From an uncultured bacterium (GTDB taxonomy: Bacteria > Patescibacteriota > Minisyncoccia > Phycocordibacterales > UBA9973), in the NCBI GenBank assembly GCA_903892035.1, contig CAITGV010000001.1, positions 355,310 through 419,309 on the forward strand: a stretch of 64,000 bases of DNA. The letters run 5' to 3'. The notes beneath the pieces are model-generated. The model worked only from the letters and a program-made list of their open reading frames with translations, was not told the DNA's origin and made no database searches. Positions within the stretch are counted from its first letter, which is position 1. Each line of letters begins with the position of its first letter. This document shows positions 28,101 to 37,418 of the stretch, piece after piece. The translations under genes were made by a program, and so were the position numbers.

Positions 28101-29165
28101 ATGGCAGAAAATAAGCATACTACTGTTTCAATTAGCTCCGGAAGTATAGTGAGAGTAATACTATTTGGTATTTTGCTTTTTTTATTGTACTACCTTAGAA
28201 GTTTATTGCTTGTTTTACTTACCTCTGTCGTCCTCGCATCTTTTGTAAATGCGGCAGTTGAGAAAATTCATAAATATTTTAAATATCGAACTCTAGTTGT
28301 TGTTTTAATTTATCTTTTAACATTGGGAATTTTGACTGGTTTCTTTTATTTAGTCATACCAATTTTTATTGAAGAGATTTCAAATCTTATTTCTCTTTTG
28401 ATTCAATACGTCCCAGCAAGTCAGCTTCACAAGCTCGATGGGACTGCAATAGGGAATGCCACAAATGCAGTAAGCACACTTTCAAAATCTGGTGCACTTA
28501 CTCAAATATTTTCAAGTACAAAAAATTTCTTCACTGCTGTTTCTGGTGGACTTTTCCAATCCCTTTCAGTTGCTTTTGGGGGCATAATAAACTTTATGCT
28601 AACTATGATAATCTCATTTTATCTTTCTATAAACAGAAGTGGTCTTGAAGATTTCTTACGAATTATTACACCAGATGCAAAAGAAGATTATATTATTTCT
28701 TTATGGCAAAGAATTGAAAGAAAAATTGCTCTATGGGTAAAGGGCCAGCTTCTTTTGGGTCTTATGGTTGGAGTATTAATATATTTTGGACTTTTGATTT
28801 TAGGAATTCAATATGCTGTTATACTTGCTTTGACTGCGGCATTTTTTGAACTTTTCCCACTAGGTTTGATACTTGCTGTGGTCCCAGCACTTGCTTTCGC
28901 TTATGTAAATGGTGGTTTTACTTCAGTACTAACTGTGGGAGTATTTTATTTTGTCGTTCAACAATTTGAGGCATATTTTATTCAACCACTCGTGGTAAAA
29001 AGAATCGTTGGAGTTTCTCCTCTTGTTGTTATTCTTTCAGTATTGATCGGTGCTGAGGTTGCTGGTTTCTGGGGACTGATTCTTGCTGTGCCAATTGCTA
29101 TCGGAGTACTTGAGTTTACTGGAGATATTGAAAAGAAAAAAATATTTGCTAAAAATGCAAACTAG
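28101..29165 (+). CDS. AI-2E family transporter-like membrane protein
   Basis: About 350 aa with 7-8 TM helices in the typical AI-2E/UPF0118 arrangement. Confidence 0.45.
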   Translation: MAENKHTTVSISSGSIVRVILFGILLFLLYYLRSLLLVLLTSVVLASFVNAAVEKIHKYFKYRTLVVVLIYLLTLGILTGFFYLVIPIFIEEISNLISLLIQYVPASQLHKLDGTAIGNATNAVSTLSKSGALTQIFSSTKNFFTAVSGGLFQSLSVAFGGIINFMLTMIISFYLSINRSGLEDFLRIITPDAKEDYIISLWQRIERKIALWVKGQLLLGLMVGVLIYFGLLILGIQYAVILALTAAFFELFPLGLILAVVPALAFAYVNGGFTSVLTVGVFYFVVQQFEAYFIQPLVVKRIVGVSPLVVILSVLIGAEVAGFWGLILAVPIAIGVLEFTGDIEKKKIFAKNAN

Positions 29166-29170
29166 TATTT

Positions 29171-30730
29171 ATGGATAAAAATTTTTATATTACGACCACA
29201 CTCCCATACGTGAACTCATCACCACATATTGGTTTTGCGATGGAGATTATTCGCGCTGATGTATTTGCTAGGCATATGGAGTCTTTAGGCTATTCTGTAT
29301 TTTTCAATACTGGTACAGATGAACACGGTCAAAAGATTTGGACAAAGGCACAAGAAGAGGGGAAAGATACTCAAGGATATGTCGATGAATTTGCAGAAAA
29401 ATTTAAAAATTTAAAAGATTTACTAGATATTTCACCCAATATTCATTTTACTCGCACTACTGACAAACATCATATCTCGTCGGCTCAGGCTTTTTGGAAA
29501 ATTGTTGAGAAAAATGGTTATATTTATAAAAAAAATTATCAGACAAAATATTGTGTTGGCTGCGAATTGGAGAAAACTGACTCCGAACTTGTAAATGGCG
29601 AGTGCCCAGTACACCCGGGCAAACCTGTAGAATTGCGCGATGAAGAAAATTATTTCTTTAAATTTTCTGCTTTTCAAGAAAAACTTTTAGCATACTACAA
29701 TGCAAATCCAGATTTTGTTGTACCAAGTTTTCGTTTTAATGAAATTCGAAGTTTCGTAGAGCGAGGACTTGAAGATTTTTCAATTTCTAGACTTGCAGAA
29801 AAAATGTCTTGGGGTACACCAGTTCCGCACGATGAAGAACACGTGATGTATGTTTGGTTTGATGCTTTGGTAAATTATATTTCATGTTTAGGTTGGCCAA
29901 AAAATATTGAAGACTTTGAAAAATATTGGGTAAATGGCACACCGACACAGTATTGCGGGAAGGATAATTTACGTCAGCAATCTGCAATGTGGCAAGCGAT
30001 GCTTTTGGCTGCCGAGCTTCCAATGTCGAAAAGAATAATTGTAAATGGTTTTATAAATGTGGGTGGACAAAAAATGTCAAAAAGTATTGGTAATATTGTA
30101 AATCCATATGATGTAGTGGCAGAGTATGGAAAAGAAGCACTACGATATTACGTAACACGTGAGCTCAATACTTTTGAGGATAGTGACTATACTGCAGAAA
30201 AATTTAAAGAAAGTTACAATGCGGGGCTTGCAAATGGTTTAGGTAATTTGGTTTCTCGGGTTTTAAAAATGTCTACTACATATTTTAATGGGGAAGTTGC
30301 AGAGATTGTTCCTGGGGGATTACCCATGAAAAATACTTTTCCTGAAGCTGGTGGAAGTGTTGAGATTGAAGGTTGGCCACTTTCATATTATATAGAACAA
30401 AATATTACACCAAAATATAATAAAGGTTTTGAAACTTTTGATTTAAGAGAATCAATGGATGCAGTTTGGGATTTAGTAGCTACGCTCGATAAATACGTGA
30501 CCGATTATGAGCCATATAAACTTATAAAAATTGATGCAGAAAAAACAAAAGCTGTGATTTGGACCCTGCTTTATGGCATTTCAGAAATTTCAAAAATGCT
30601 TACACCATTTATGCCAGAAACTTCTGATAAAATAAAAAATCTCCTCGGTGCAACTTACGAAAATAATGGTGAAAGTATTTCATTTAAAACTGGAGTACTC
30701 GAGAAGCCATTGTTTATGAGGAAAGATTAA
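29171..30730 (+). CDS. metG: methionyl-tRNA synthetase
   Basis: Class I aaRS N-terminus (PYVNSSPHIGFA), a zinc-knuckle CVGC...ECPVH, and KMSKSIGN. Confidence 0.85.
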   Translation: MDKNFYITTTLPYVNSSPHIGFAMEIIRADVFARHMESLGYSVFFNTGTDEHGQKIWTKAQEEGKDTQGYVDEFAEKFKNLKDLLDISPNIHFTRTTDKHHISSAQAFWKIVEKNGYIYKKNYQTKYCVGCELEKTDSELVNGECPVHPGKPVELRDEENYFFKFSAFQEKLLAYYNANPDFVVPSFRFNEIRSFVERGLEDFSISRLAEKMSWGTPVPHDEEHVMYVWFDALVNYISCLGWPKNIEDFEKYWVNGTPTQYCGKDNLRQQSAMWQAMLLAAELPMSKRIIVNGFINVGGQKMSKSIGNIVNPYDVVAEYGKEALRYYVTRELNTFEDSDYTAEKFKESYNAGLANGLGNLVSRVLKMSTTYFNGEVAEIVPGGLPMKNTFPEAGGSVEIEGWPLSYYIEQNITPKYNKGFETFDLRESMDAVWDLVATLDKYVTDYEPYKLIKIDAEKTKAVIWTLLYGISEISKMLTPFMPETSDKIKNLLGATYENNGESISFKTGVLEKPLFMRKD

Positions 30731-30769
30731 GAACCTCTCCCCAGCCCCTCTCCTTGTTAAGGAGAGGGG
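30731..30769. repeat. GC-rich palindromic intergenic element (inverted orientation)
   Basis: GAACCTCTCCCC + CCCCTCTCCttgttaaGGAGAGGGG. Confidence 0.6.
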
Positions 30770-30794
30770 AAAGAAGCTGACATTTTAGATTTCA

Positions 30795-31142
30795 ATGACA
30801 ATTCTTTACAACCAATCCAAGAATTTACCCAAGAGACTTTTACTTAGAAAAAATCAAACTCCAGAAGAAATACTTTTATGGGAAAGGTTGCGAAGAGGAC
30901 AGCTTGGTTGTAAATTCAAAAGGCAATATTCTGTTGGTCCATATGTTTTGGATTTTTATGCACCAATAAAAAAGTTGGCAATTGAAATCGATGGTTTTCA
31001 GCACATTAAAGAAAAAGAATATGATGATCAAAGAACCGGTTACCTAAGAGTATTGGGTATAAAAGTCCTTCGCTTTTGGAATAACGAAGTAGGTGATAAT
31101 ATAGATAATGTTATCAACAAGATAATTAGTAAGCTGGATTGA
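30795..31142 (+). CDS. DUF559 (Vsr-like endonuclease fold) domain protein
   Basis: Characteristic DUF559 pattern (LW..LR......FKRQ...G.YVLDFY.P...AIEIDG..H). Confidence 0.65.
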   Translation: MTILYNQSKNLPKRLLLRKNQTPEEILLWERLRRGQLGCKFKRQYSVGPYVLDFYAPIKKLAIEIDGFQHIKEKEYDDQRTGYLRVLGIKVLRFWNNEVGDNIDNVINKIISKLD

Positions 31143-31150
31143 GCCCTTTA

Positions 31151-31193
31151 CCCTCTCCTTAATAAGGAGAGGGATAGGGAGAGGTTCTTAATT
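31151..31193. repeat. GC-rich palindromic intergenic element
   Basis: CCCTCTCCttaataaGGAGAGGG + ATAGGGAGAGGTTCTTAATT. Confidence 0.6.
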
Positions 31194-32057
31194 GTGTTTA
31201 TGACCCCAGATTTTATAGACATACATTCACATACGAATTTTAAAGCCTTCAATGAAGACGTGGAGGAAGTGACTATGCGTACGCTTGCGCAAAAGACTTG
31301 GATTATAAACGTCGGCACCCAGCGTGATACTTCAAAAAGAGCAGTAGAGCTCGCAGAGAAATACAAAGAAGGTGTTTACGCTATTATTGGTCTGCACCCT
31401 ATACATACTGGAGCATCGTATCACGATGAAAAAGAATTGGGCGAAGGAGGAGTAGAGTTTACTTCTCGCGGAGAAGTTTTTGATAAAGAATATTATTGTA
31501 ATTTAGGTAAAAGTGAAAAAGTTGTAGCAATTGGCGAGTGTGGTCTCGACTATTATCGTCTTGACCCTGAAACTATCGACAAACAAAAAGCGGCCTTTGT
31601 TGCGCAAATTGGTGCAGCAAATTATTTAAATAAACCATTGATGTTGCATATTAGAAATCCCTCGAAAGAATCTGGTAGTACTTTGTCTGCATATAAAGAT
31701 GCATTAGAAATTTTAAAATTATATGCAAAAGTAAAAGGGGATGTACATTTTTTTGCAGGCAACTGGGAAGAAGCAAAAGGTTTTCTTGATTTTGGTTTTA
31801 CTCTTTCATTTACTGGAGTTATCACATTTGCTCGAGATTATGATGAAGTAATTCGAAATACTCCACTTGAAATGATAATGTCTGAGACAGATAGCCCATA
31901 TGTCACCCCAAAGCCACATAGAGGAAAGCGCAATGAACCACTATATGTTTCTGAGGTAGTAAAAAAAATTGCCGAAATAAAGGGTATACCCCTAGAAGAG
32001 GTGAAGACTCAGCTTGTAAAAAATGCCCTAAGGGTCTTTTTTGGCCAGCCGAGCTAG
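31194..32057 (+). CDS. TatD-family metal-dependent hydrolase
   Basis: DIHSH and GECGLDYYR motifs. Confidence 0.75.
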   Translation: MFMTPDFIDIHSHTNFKAFNEDVEEVTMRTLAQKTWIINVGTQRDTSKRAVELAEKYKEGVYAIIGLHPIHTGASYHDEKELGEGGVEFTSRGEVFDKEYYCNLGKSEKVVAIGECGLDYYRLDPETIDKQKAAFVAQIGAANYLNKPLMLHIRNPSKESGSTLSAYKDALEILKLYAKVKGDVHFFAGNWEEAKGFLDFGFTLSFTGVITFARDYDEVIRNTPLEMIMSETDSPYVTPKPHRGKRNEPLYVSEVVKKIAEIKGIPLEEVKTQLVKNALRVFFGQPS

Positions 32058-32060
32058 GGC

Positions 32061-32603
32061 TTGCCTTTTTATAAGGTTTCTGCTACTATGGGACCTATGT
32101 CTAAAGAGGTAGAAAATCTAAATACAGAGGAGGAAATCCTAGGAACAGAGCCAAAAGTATATGAAATATCATTTCTTTTTGTTCCAACTATTACTGAGGA
32201 AAACATCAGCGCAGAATTTATTGTCCTAAAATCTCTACTTGAGACAAATGGTGCAACTTTCATTTCAGAAGATTTTCCAAAGCTTATTAACCTTGCTTAT
32301 ACAATGAGCAAAGTTATTACAAATAAAAAAACAAGATTCGAAACAGCATATTTTGGATGGATAAAGTTTGAAATATTACCAGAAAAAATTGCAGAGATGA
32401 AGACTATTCTTGAAAGAAATGACAAGATTATCCGTTTCCTTACAGTCCGCACTATTCGCGAAAGTACACTTGCTTCAAAGAGAGTATTTACAGAAGGTGG
32501 TTCACGCCGAAAATTCGAAGCTAAAAATGCTGAGCCAAAAGAAGAAGTAAACAAAGAGACAATTGATCAAGAAATCGACGCATTAGTATCAATACCTGCA
32601 TAA
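32061..32603 (+). CDS. rpsF: ribosomal protein bS6 with N- and C-terminal extensions
   Basis: YEISFLFVP...L.RFLTVR pattern, and its position directly upstream of ssb and rpsR. Confidence 0.6.
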   Translation: MPFYKVSATMGPMSKEVENLNTEEEILGTEPKVYEISFLFVPTITEENISAEFIVLKSLLETNGATFISEDFPKLINLAYTMSKVITNKKTRFETAYFGWIKFEILPEKIAEMKTILERNDKIIRFLTVRTIRESTLASKRVFTEGGSRRKFEAKNAEPKEEVNKETIDQEIDALVSIPA

Positions 32604-32608
32604 ATATT

Positions 32609-33064
32609 ATGTATTTAAATAAAGCTATAATCATTGGAAACCTTACTCGCGACCCAGATCTAAAGTCGCTTCCATCTGGTATCAAGGTTACAAGTTTTAG
32701 TATTGCTACAAATCGCACATGGAAAGATAAAAATGGTGCAAAGCAAGATGCAACAGAATTTCACAATATAGTTGCTTTTGGAAAACAAGCTGAGCTCATC
32801 GCTCAATATATGAAGAAGGGAAGTTCAATTTACGTCGAAGGAAGAATGCAGACACGAAGTTGGGATGACAAGGCTACTGGCGAAAAGAAATACCGCACAG
32901 AAATCATCCTCGAAGCATTCCAATTTGGTCCACGAACAACACCAGGGGGAGGATCATATAGTGGAGGAGAGCCAAAGGCCGACAATCACAAAGAGTCATC
33001 GCCAGAAGTCGACACGATTCAATACCCAGAAGAAGAGAGCAACCCAGAAGATATACCTTTTTAA
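32609..33064 (+). CDS. ssb: single-stranded DNA-binding protein
   Basis: OB-fold SSB N-terminus (NKAIIIGNLTRDPDL...F.IAT) and an acidic C-terminal tail (EEESNPEDIPF). Confidence 0.85.
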   Translation: MYLNKAIIIGNLTRDPDLKSLPSGIKVTSFSIATNRTWKDKNGAKQDATEFHNIVAFGKQAELIAQYMKKGSSIYVEGRMQTRSWDDKATGEKKYRTEIILEAFQFGPRTTPGGGSYSGGEPKADNHKESSPEVDTIQYPEEESNPEDIPF

Positions 33065-33094
33065 AAATCATTATTATCAATTTCAATTTAAATT

Positions 33095-33295
33095 ATGAAG
33101 CAAGATTACTTTTCATCAAATAACATAAAGCACATCGATTTTAAGGATACAGAAATCCTAAAGCGTTTTCTAAGTCCAGCAGGAAAGATGATGGCTCGTA
33201 AACGTTCTGGTGTCACAGCAAAGAACCAGCGTAAACTTTCAATGGCTATAAAGCGCGCTCGTTTTATGGGCCTACTTCCATTCATCGCAAAATAA
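33095..33295 (+). CDS. rpsR: ribosomal protein bS18
   Basis: FLSPAGKMMARKRSGVTAKNQRKL..AIKRARFMGLLPF pattern. Confidence 0.8.
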   Translation: MKQDYFSSNNIKHIDFKDTEILKRFLSPAGKMMARKRSGVTAKNQRKLSMAIKRARFMGLLPFIAK

Positions 33296-33304
33296 ATTTT
33301 ACTG

Positions 33305-33339
33305 TAAAAAATCCCCTTCGAATCTCGAAGGGGATTTTT
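33305..33339. terminator. bidirectional rho-independent terminator
   Basis: aaaaaatccccttcgaatctcgaaggggatttttt between rpsR and the convergent gene. Confidence 0.8.
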
Positions 33340-33355
33340 TCTTTACTTTTTGAAG

Positions 33356-34282
33356 TTATGCAAGATCATCAAAAGATTTCTTTGCATCATCCTCAAACTT
33401 TTTTGCTCTTTCGTATATTGGGTGTATCACTTCCAATAATTTTTCAAAAGAAAATAAAACATCCACAGAAGTCATTTTGCCTATTCCTGCTTCAGTACAC
33501 CCACGCTTTGTGGCCACTTTTCTAACATATTCTTCGATTGTTTCAAAAGTGATTTCACCTTTTTGGCTCAACAGTGCGAGGATTGTGCTCAGTAGAGTTT
33601 CAGCCGAATGTTCAAGTGAAAATTCGTAATCGTAGCCCAATACCTCAGTAAAGACTTTCGCCTTGTTTTCAATGTAAGCATTTAACATGGGATGTCCACT
33701 CTTTTCGACCTTTTCAAGCCATTTGCGGAAACTCCAGATACTTTTACTTGCTTCATACATCAACAAAAGTGCTTGCGCGTCTACACCGCATCCTGATCCG
33801 ACACTTACAATCAATTTAGGAACTTCGGTTGGACTTACCGTCGTAACTTTTCCCAATCTTCCCATCAACTCTTTAATTTTTTCATTTCCTCGGGTCATGT
33901 AAACTAAACCTTTCCCGTACTCCACATTGACATTCATAGTACCAATGCGTATGTTTTTAGGACTAATTCCCAAGAATCTAGAAAGGTCAGAAATATTAGA
34001 GCCTGAAGCAAAGGAAGTTAAATTTTCAATTTTAGTTTCCTTTAAGCGTTTGAGCTGTGGACCAATACCAGATGGCGTGACCATAAGGATTGCATGTTTT
34101 GCCTCCTTTACTTGCATGATGTCTTTTGATACGAGGACACCAAGTTTTTCAAAGACTGAGAGATTTGAATTTTCTCTGCCGATGACGATAATTTTTTCAG
34201 ATTCCATGCCTGAGGCCAAGAAACCTTTTACGGTAGCTAGTGTAAGCTTGCCGTTTCCGATAATTGCGATTGTTTTACTCAT
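33356..34282 (-). CDS. NAD(P)-binding Rossmann-fold oxidoreductase (ProC-like)
   Basis: N-terminal IAIIGNGKL glycine-rich loop. About 308 aa. Family assignment is uncertain. Confidence 0.35.
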   Translation of the reverse strand: MSKTIAIIGNGKLTLATVKGFLASGMESEKIIVIGRENSNLSVFEKLGVLVSKDIMQVKEAKHAILMVTPSGIGPQLKRLKETKIENLTSFASGSNISDLSRFLGISPKNIRIGTMNVNVEYGKGLVYMTRGNEKIKELMGRLGKVTTVSPTEVPKLIVSVGSGCGVDAQALLLMYEASKSIWSFRKWLEKVEKSGHPMLNAYIENKAKVFTEVLGYDYEFSLEHSAETLLSTILALLSQKGEITFETIEEYVRKVATKRGCTEAGIGKMTSVDVLFSFEKLLEVIHPIYERAKKFEDDAKKSFDDLA

Positions 34283-34518
34283 TTTAATTTATTTTATTGT
34301 TTAACATTTATTTAATTTTTAAAGAATTTACACAAAAAGAAACCAGCTTTTGAGAAGCTGGTTTCTAAGGTCAAACAATTAAGATTTAGAAAGTATTTTT
34401 AAACGCAAAAACCAGCCACCCAAATTTTGAGCGGAGGTACCGGGCTGTTGTTCAATTTTGTTTTTGCGTAATATTTCATTACTTTTTAAGTATAGCAGTG
34501 GGGGACTTAATGTCAAAC

Positions 34519-35091
34519 TTATGCTCTTTCTACGTATTCACCTGTTTCGGTATTGACTATAATTTTCTCTCCGACATTTATAAACATTGGTACGTTTACT
34601 GTAGCGCCATTCTCGAGTACGGCAATTTTATTACTTCCAGATGCTGTGGCACCTTTGATAGCTGGGGGAGCGTCTTTGACGGTGAGAGTCATTTTGATAG
34701 GAAGCTTTACATTTATGATTATTTCTTCATCATCATTGTCCCACACGAGTGCTGTGACGATTTCATTTGGTATTAAAAATTTTACAGCATGACCCATCAA
34801 TTTTTCATCGAGTTTAAATCGATTTGCTGGATCTTTTGGATCACAAAACCAATATTCTCCGCGACTTTCATAAAGAAATTTTGTATCTCTTTTTTCTAGA
34901 TTAGGCTCCTCGATAGAGTCTGTGGTGCGAAATGTCTCATTGTAGGTGCGACCACTAACCAAGCTTTTCAATTTAACTTGGTTTTGAGGCTTTCTTTGCT
35001 GTGTGCGAGCCACGTGGCTTTCGAGCACAGTGCAAGGTTCATCATTAAATATAATAATTTTTCCTTCTCGAACTTCGCTATATTCTAACAT
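34519..35091 (-). CDS. efp: elongation factor P
   Basis: KGATASGSNK...VNVPMFINVGEKIIVNTETGEYVER, with the three OB/KOW-like domain order. Confidence 0.85.
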   Translation of the reverse strand: MLEYSEVREGKIIIFNDEPCTVLESHVARTQQRKPQNQVKLKSLVSGRTYNETFRTTDSIEEPNLEKRDTKFLYESRGEYWFCDPKDPANRFKLDEKLMGHAVKFLIPNEIVTALVWDNDDEEIIINVKLPIKMTLTVKDAPPAIKGATASGSNKIAVLENGATVNVPMFINVGEKIIVNTETGEYVERA

Positions 35092-35248
35092 CTCTCGATT
35101 CTACCCGAAATTGGGTATTTTTTCAAGCCCCCGTAAAATTGTTTACAATCACGGGACATGCTTGACGTTTGGCGTCAGTATGCGAGAATTACAAAAGAAT
35201 AGTAGCTTTCTGATAATAAAATAAAAATTAACCAAAACTTATATTAAG

Positions 35249-35716
35249 ATGAAAAAAAGACCAAATTATGATCTACTACACCTTTTAACTTGGGTAGTAG
35301 CTGTGCTGGCAACTGTAACTATTGTTGTCGACTATCTCTTTAATGCAAGAGCAGACATGATATATTATTTTCATGTTGCAATTGTGTGTTTAACTTCTAT
35401 ACAACTTTGTTATAATTTTGCCTTTGTTTATCTCAGAAGGCTAAACTTATCACAATTACTTTTTTGGATTTTTCTCGGATTTTTAACAACATCAATTGCA
35501 ATGAAATTCTGTGATGACATTATTGGTAATGTTGAAGTCAAACTTCAACATATAATCAGTTTTTGTTTGCCAGTATTTATTTCAATGTGTGCATATTGTT
35601 ACTCTTACCGAAAAAGGATTTCAAAAAAATTTTGGGAGTGGTTAAACGATAGTACTTTTTGGGAGAATTACAATGCTCTTCCTAAGGGTTGTCCGATACC
35701 GTACATTTACTATTAA
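35249..35716 (+). CDS. hypothetical membrane protein
   Basis: 155-aa ORF with 4-5 TM helices. Confidence 0.35.
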   Translation: MKKRPNYDLLHLLTWVVAVLATVTIVVDYLFNARADMIYYFHVAIVCLTSIQLCYNFAFVYLRRLNLSQLLFWIFLGFLTTSIAMKFCDDIIGNVEVKLQHIISFCLPVFISMCAYCYSYRKRISKKFWEWLNDSTFWENYNALPKGCPIPYIYY

Positions 35717-35788
35717 TAAAAAAGAAAACGAGCGGATTGTTATTACAACAATCCGCTCGTCTCTCGTTTTGGTAAGTATTTTGTATTT

Positions 35789-35833
35789 CCCCCTCTCATT
35801 CATAAGGAGAGGGGTCAGGGGAGAGGTTCTTAG
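35789..35833. repeat. GC-rich palindromic intergenic element
   Basis: CCCCCTCTCattcataaGGAGAGGGG + TCAGGGGAGAGGTTCTTAG. Confidence 0.6.
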
Positions 35834-35855
35834 TTTTCCGAAGGCGGAGAGGGTT

Positions 35856-36902
35856 TTATTCCCCAGCGCTTGATGTTTGAATTTCTCCAAAGCGCGCACG
35901 GACTTGTTTTTCAAGTTCCTTTGCAACTTTTGTATTTTCGCGTAGCCACACTCGAGTCGCATCATAACCGCGACCCATAGGAATTTTTTCATTATCTTTA
36001 TCACGATATGAATACGAAGCACCAGATTTTTCTACGATGCCAAGTTTTTCTCCAAGAGCCATCAGTTCACCTTCGTGAGAAATTCCTTCACCGTAAATAA
36101 TATCGAATTCTGTTTGTTTGAAAGGGGAGGCAACTTTATTTTTCACAACCTTTACGCGTGTACGCCCACCGACAACTTCTTCACCTTTTTTAATTTGCGC
36201 AATGCGACGAATGTCGAGACGTATTGATGTGTAAAATTTCAAAGCTTTTCCACCTGGAGTAGTTTCAGGGTTTCCAAACATCACACCAATTTGCATTCTG
36301 ATTTGATTTATAAATATAACAATAGTTTTTGAGCGAGCGACAATAGCTGTGAGTTTTCGAAGCGCTTGCGACATAAGGCGAGCTTGTTTACCCATGTGCT
36401 GCTGGCCCATATCGCCCTCAATTTCGTCTTTTGGAGTAAGTGCTGCGACAGAGTCGATGACAACGACGTCGATTTTTCCAGAGCGTACCAAAGACTCTGT
36501 AATTTCAAGACCTTGTTCTCCAGTGTCTGGTTGGGCGATGAGAAGGTCGTTAATATTCACGCCGAGGTTCTTTGCATATGTTGGGTCCATTGCGTGCTCT
36601 GCGTCGATATATGCGCATACGCCACCTTTCTTTTGAGCCTCAGCGACTATATGTAGAGCGAGTGTGGTTTTTCCAGATGATTCTGGTCCAAAGATTTCAA
36701 TAATGCGTCCTCTTGGTACTCCACCGACTCCGAGAGCCATATCGAGACCCAAAGATCCAGTAGGCACGACATCTATATCGACTTTTGGAGCGTCACCAAG
36801 TTTCATTATTGCTCCTTCTCCAAATTTTGTTTGAATCGACTTAATTGTATCTTCAATCTCTGCACCCATTTCCTTTTTTGCTTTTTCTTTTTTCTTTATC
36901 AT
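35856..36902 (-). CDS. recA: recombinase RecA
   Basis: Walker [10 protein letters not shown] and the highly conserved RecA core ([17 protein letters not shown]..., IDAEHA). Confidence 0.9.
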   Translation of the reverse strand: MIKKKEKAKKEMGAEIEDTIKSIQTKFGEGAIMKLGDAPKVDIDVVPTGSLGLDMALGVGGVPRGRIIEIFGPESSGKTTLALHIVAEAQKKGGVCAYIDAEHAMDPTYAKNLGVNINDLLIAQPDTGEQGLEITESLVRSGKIDVVVIDSVAALTPKDEIEGDMGQQHMGKQARLMSQALRKLTAIVARSKTIVIFINQIRMQIGVMFGNPETTPGGKALKFYTSIRLDIRRIAQIKKGEEVVGGRTRVKVVKNKVASPFKQTEFDIIYGEGISHEGELMALGEKLGIVEKSGASYSYRDKDNEKIPMGRGYDATRVWLRENTKVAKELEKQVRARFGEIQTSSAGE

Positions 36903-36937
36903 ATATTGTGTAAGAAAAAATTGTTTTAGATTTTTAT

Positions 36938-36971
36938 GCGTGTCGGAGCCCCCGTAGAGAGGGTAAAGCGC
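36938..36971 (-). promoter_or_regulatory. conserved GC-rich 33-nt upstream motif (recA copy)
   Basis: On the recA strand it reads GCGCTTTACCCTCTCTACGGGGGCTCCGACACGC. A near-identical copy lies upstream of rplL at 49809-49846 in the same orientation relative to the gene. Confidence 0.45.
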
Positions 36972-37005
36972 TAAAAATGTAAAATAATTTTTTCTGTAAC
37001 GTTAT

Positions 37006-37365
37006 TTACGTATTACTCTTATAATAGACCCTATAATTTTTTTCAATTTGCCTTCCAAACGAATCTTCGCTATGGATGTTTACTATATTGTATCCAGGAA
37101 TTAAAACCAATGATTCATTGAACTGACTCGCACCATTAAATGAAATTGCTCGACCATCGATAGCAAACAATTTCATTTTTTTTGCTGTACCTGTGATATT
37201 TACAATAGGGGAGTTGAAAACTTGTCCATCAAAGATGCCACTAATTTTTATATTTGAACCAAAAAGTGCATCTTTCATTTTAAAATAAGTATAAGTACCT
37301 GCAACTATGAAAAGTACAATTAATGCTCCGATATTTATTTTTGTTTTAAAATCATGTTTTGTCAT
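37006..37365 (-). CDS. hypothetical membrane-anchored protein
   Basis: The ORF track starts at 37437 inside a repeat element. The likely start is the Met at 37365 (MTKHDFKTKINIGALIVLFIV), which precedes a TM helix. Confidence 0.4.
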   Translation of the reverse strand: MTKHDFKTKINIGALIVLFIVAGTYTYFKMKDALFGSNIKISGIFDGQVFNSPIVNITGTAKKMKLFAIDGRAISFNGASQFNESLVLIPGYNIVNIHSEDSFGRQIEKNYRVYYKSNT

Positions 37366-37377
37366 TTTTGTATTCCT

Positions 37378-37418
37378 CCCTCTCCTTAATAAGGAGAGGG
37401 TCAGGGAGAGGTTCTTAT
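37378..37418. repeat. GC-rich palindromic intergenic element
   Basis: CCCTCTCCttaataaGGAGAGGG + TCAGGGAGAGGTTCTTAT. Confidence 0.6.

Noticed and set aside
31148-31366. 72-aa minus-strand ORF ending in ...SLSLSLLRRG
   Set aside because: Its C-terminal codons are the palindromic repeat element, and it overlaps the tatD-family gene on the other strand.
36903-37005. Expected LexA box upstream of recA
   Set aside because: No GAAC-N4-GTTC or near match on either strand in the 100-nt upstream region. Only the unrelated 33-nt GC-rich motif is present.
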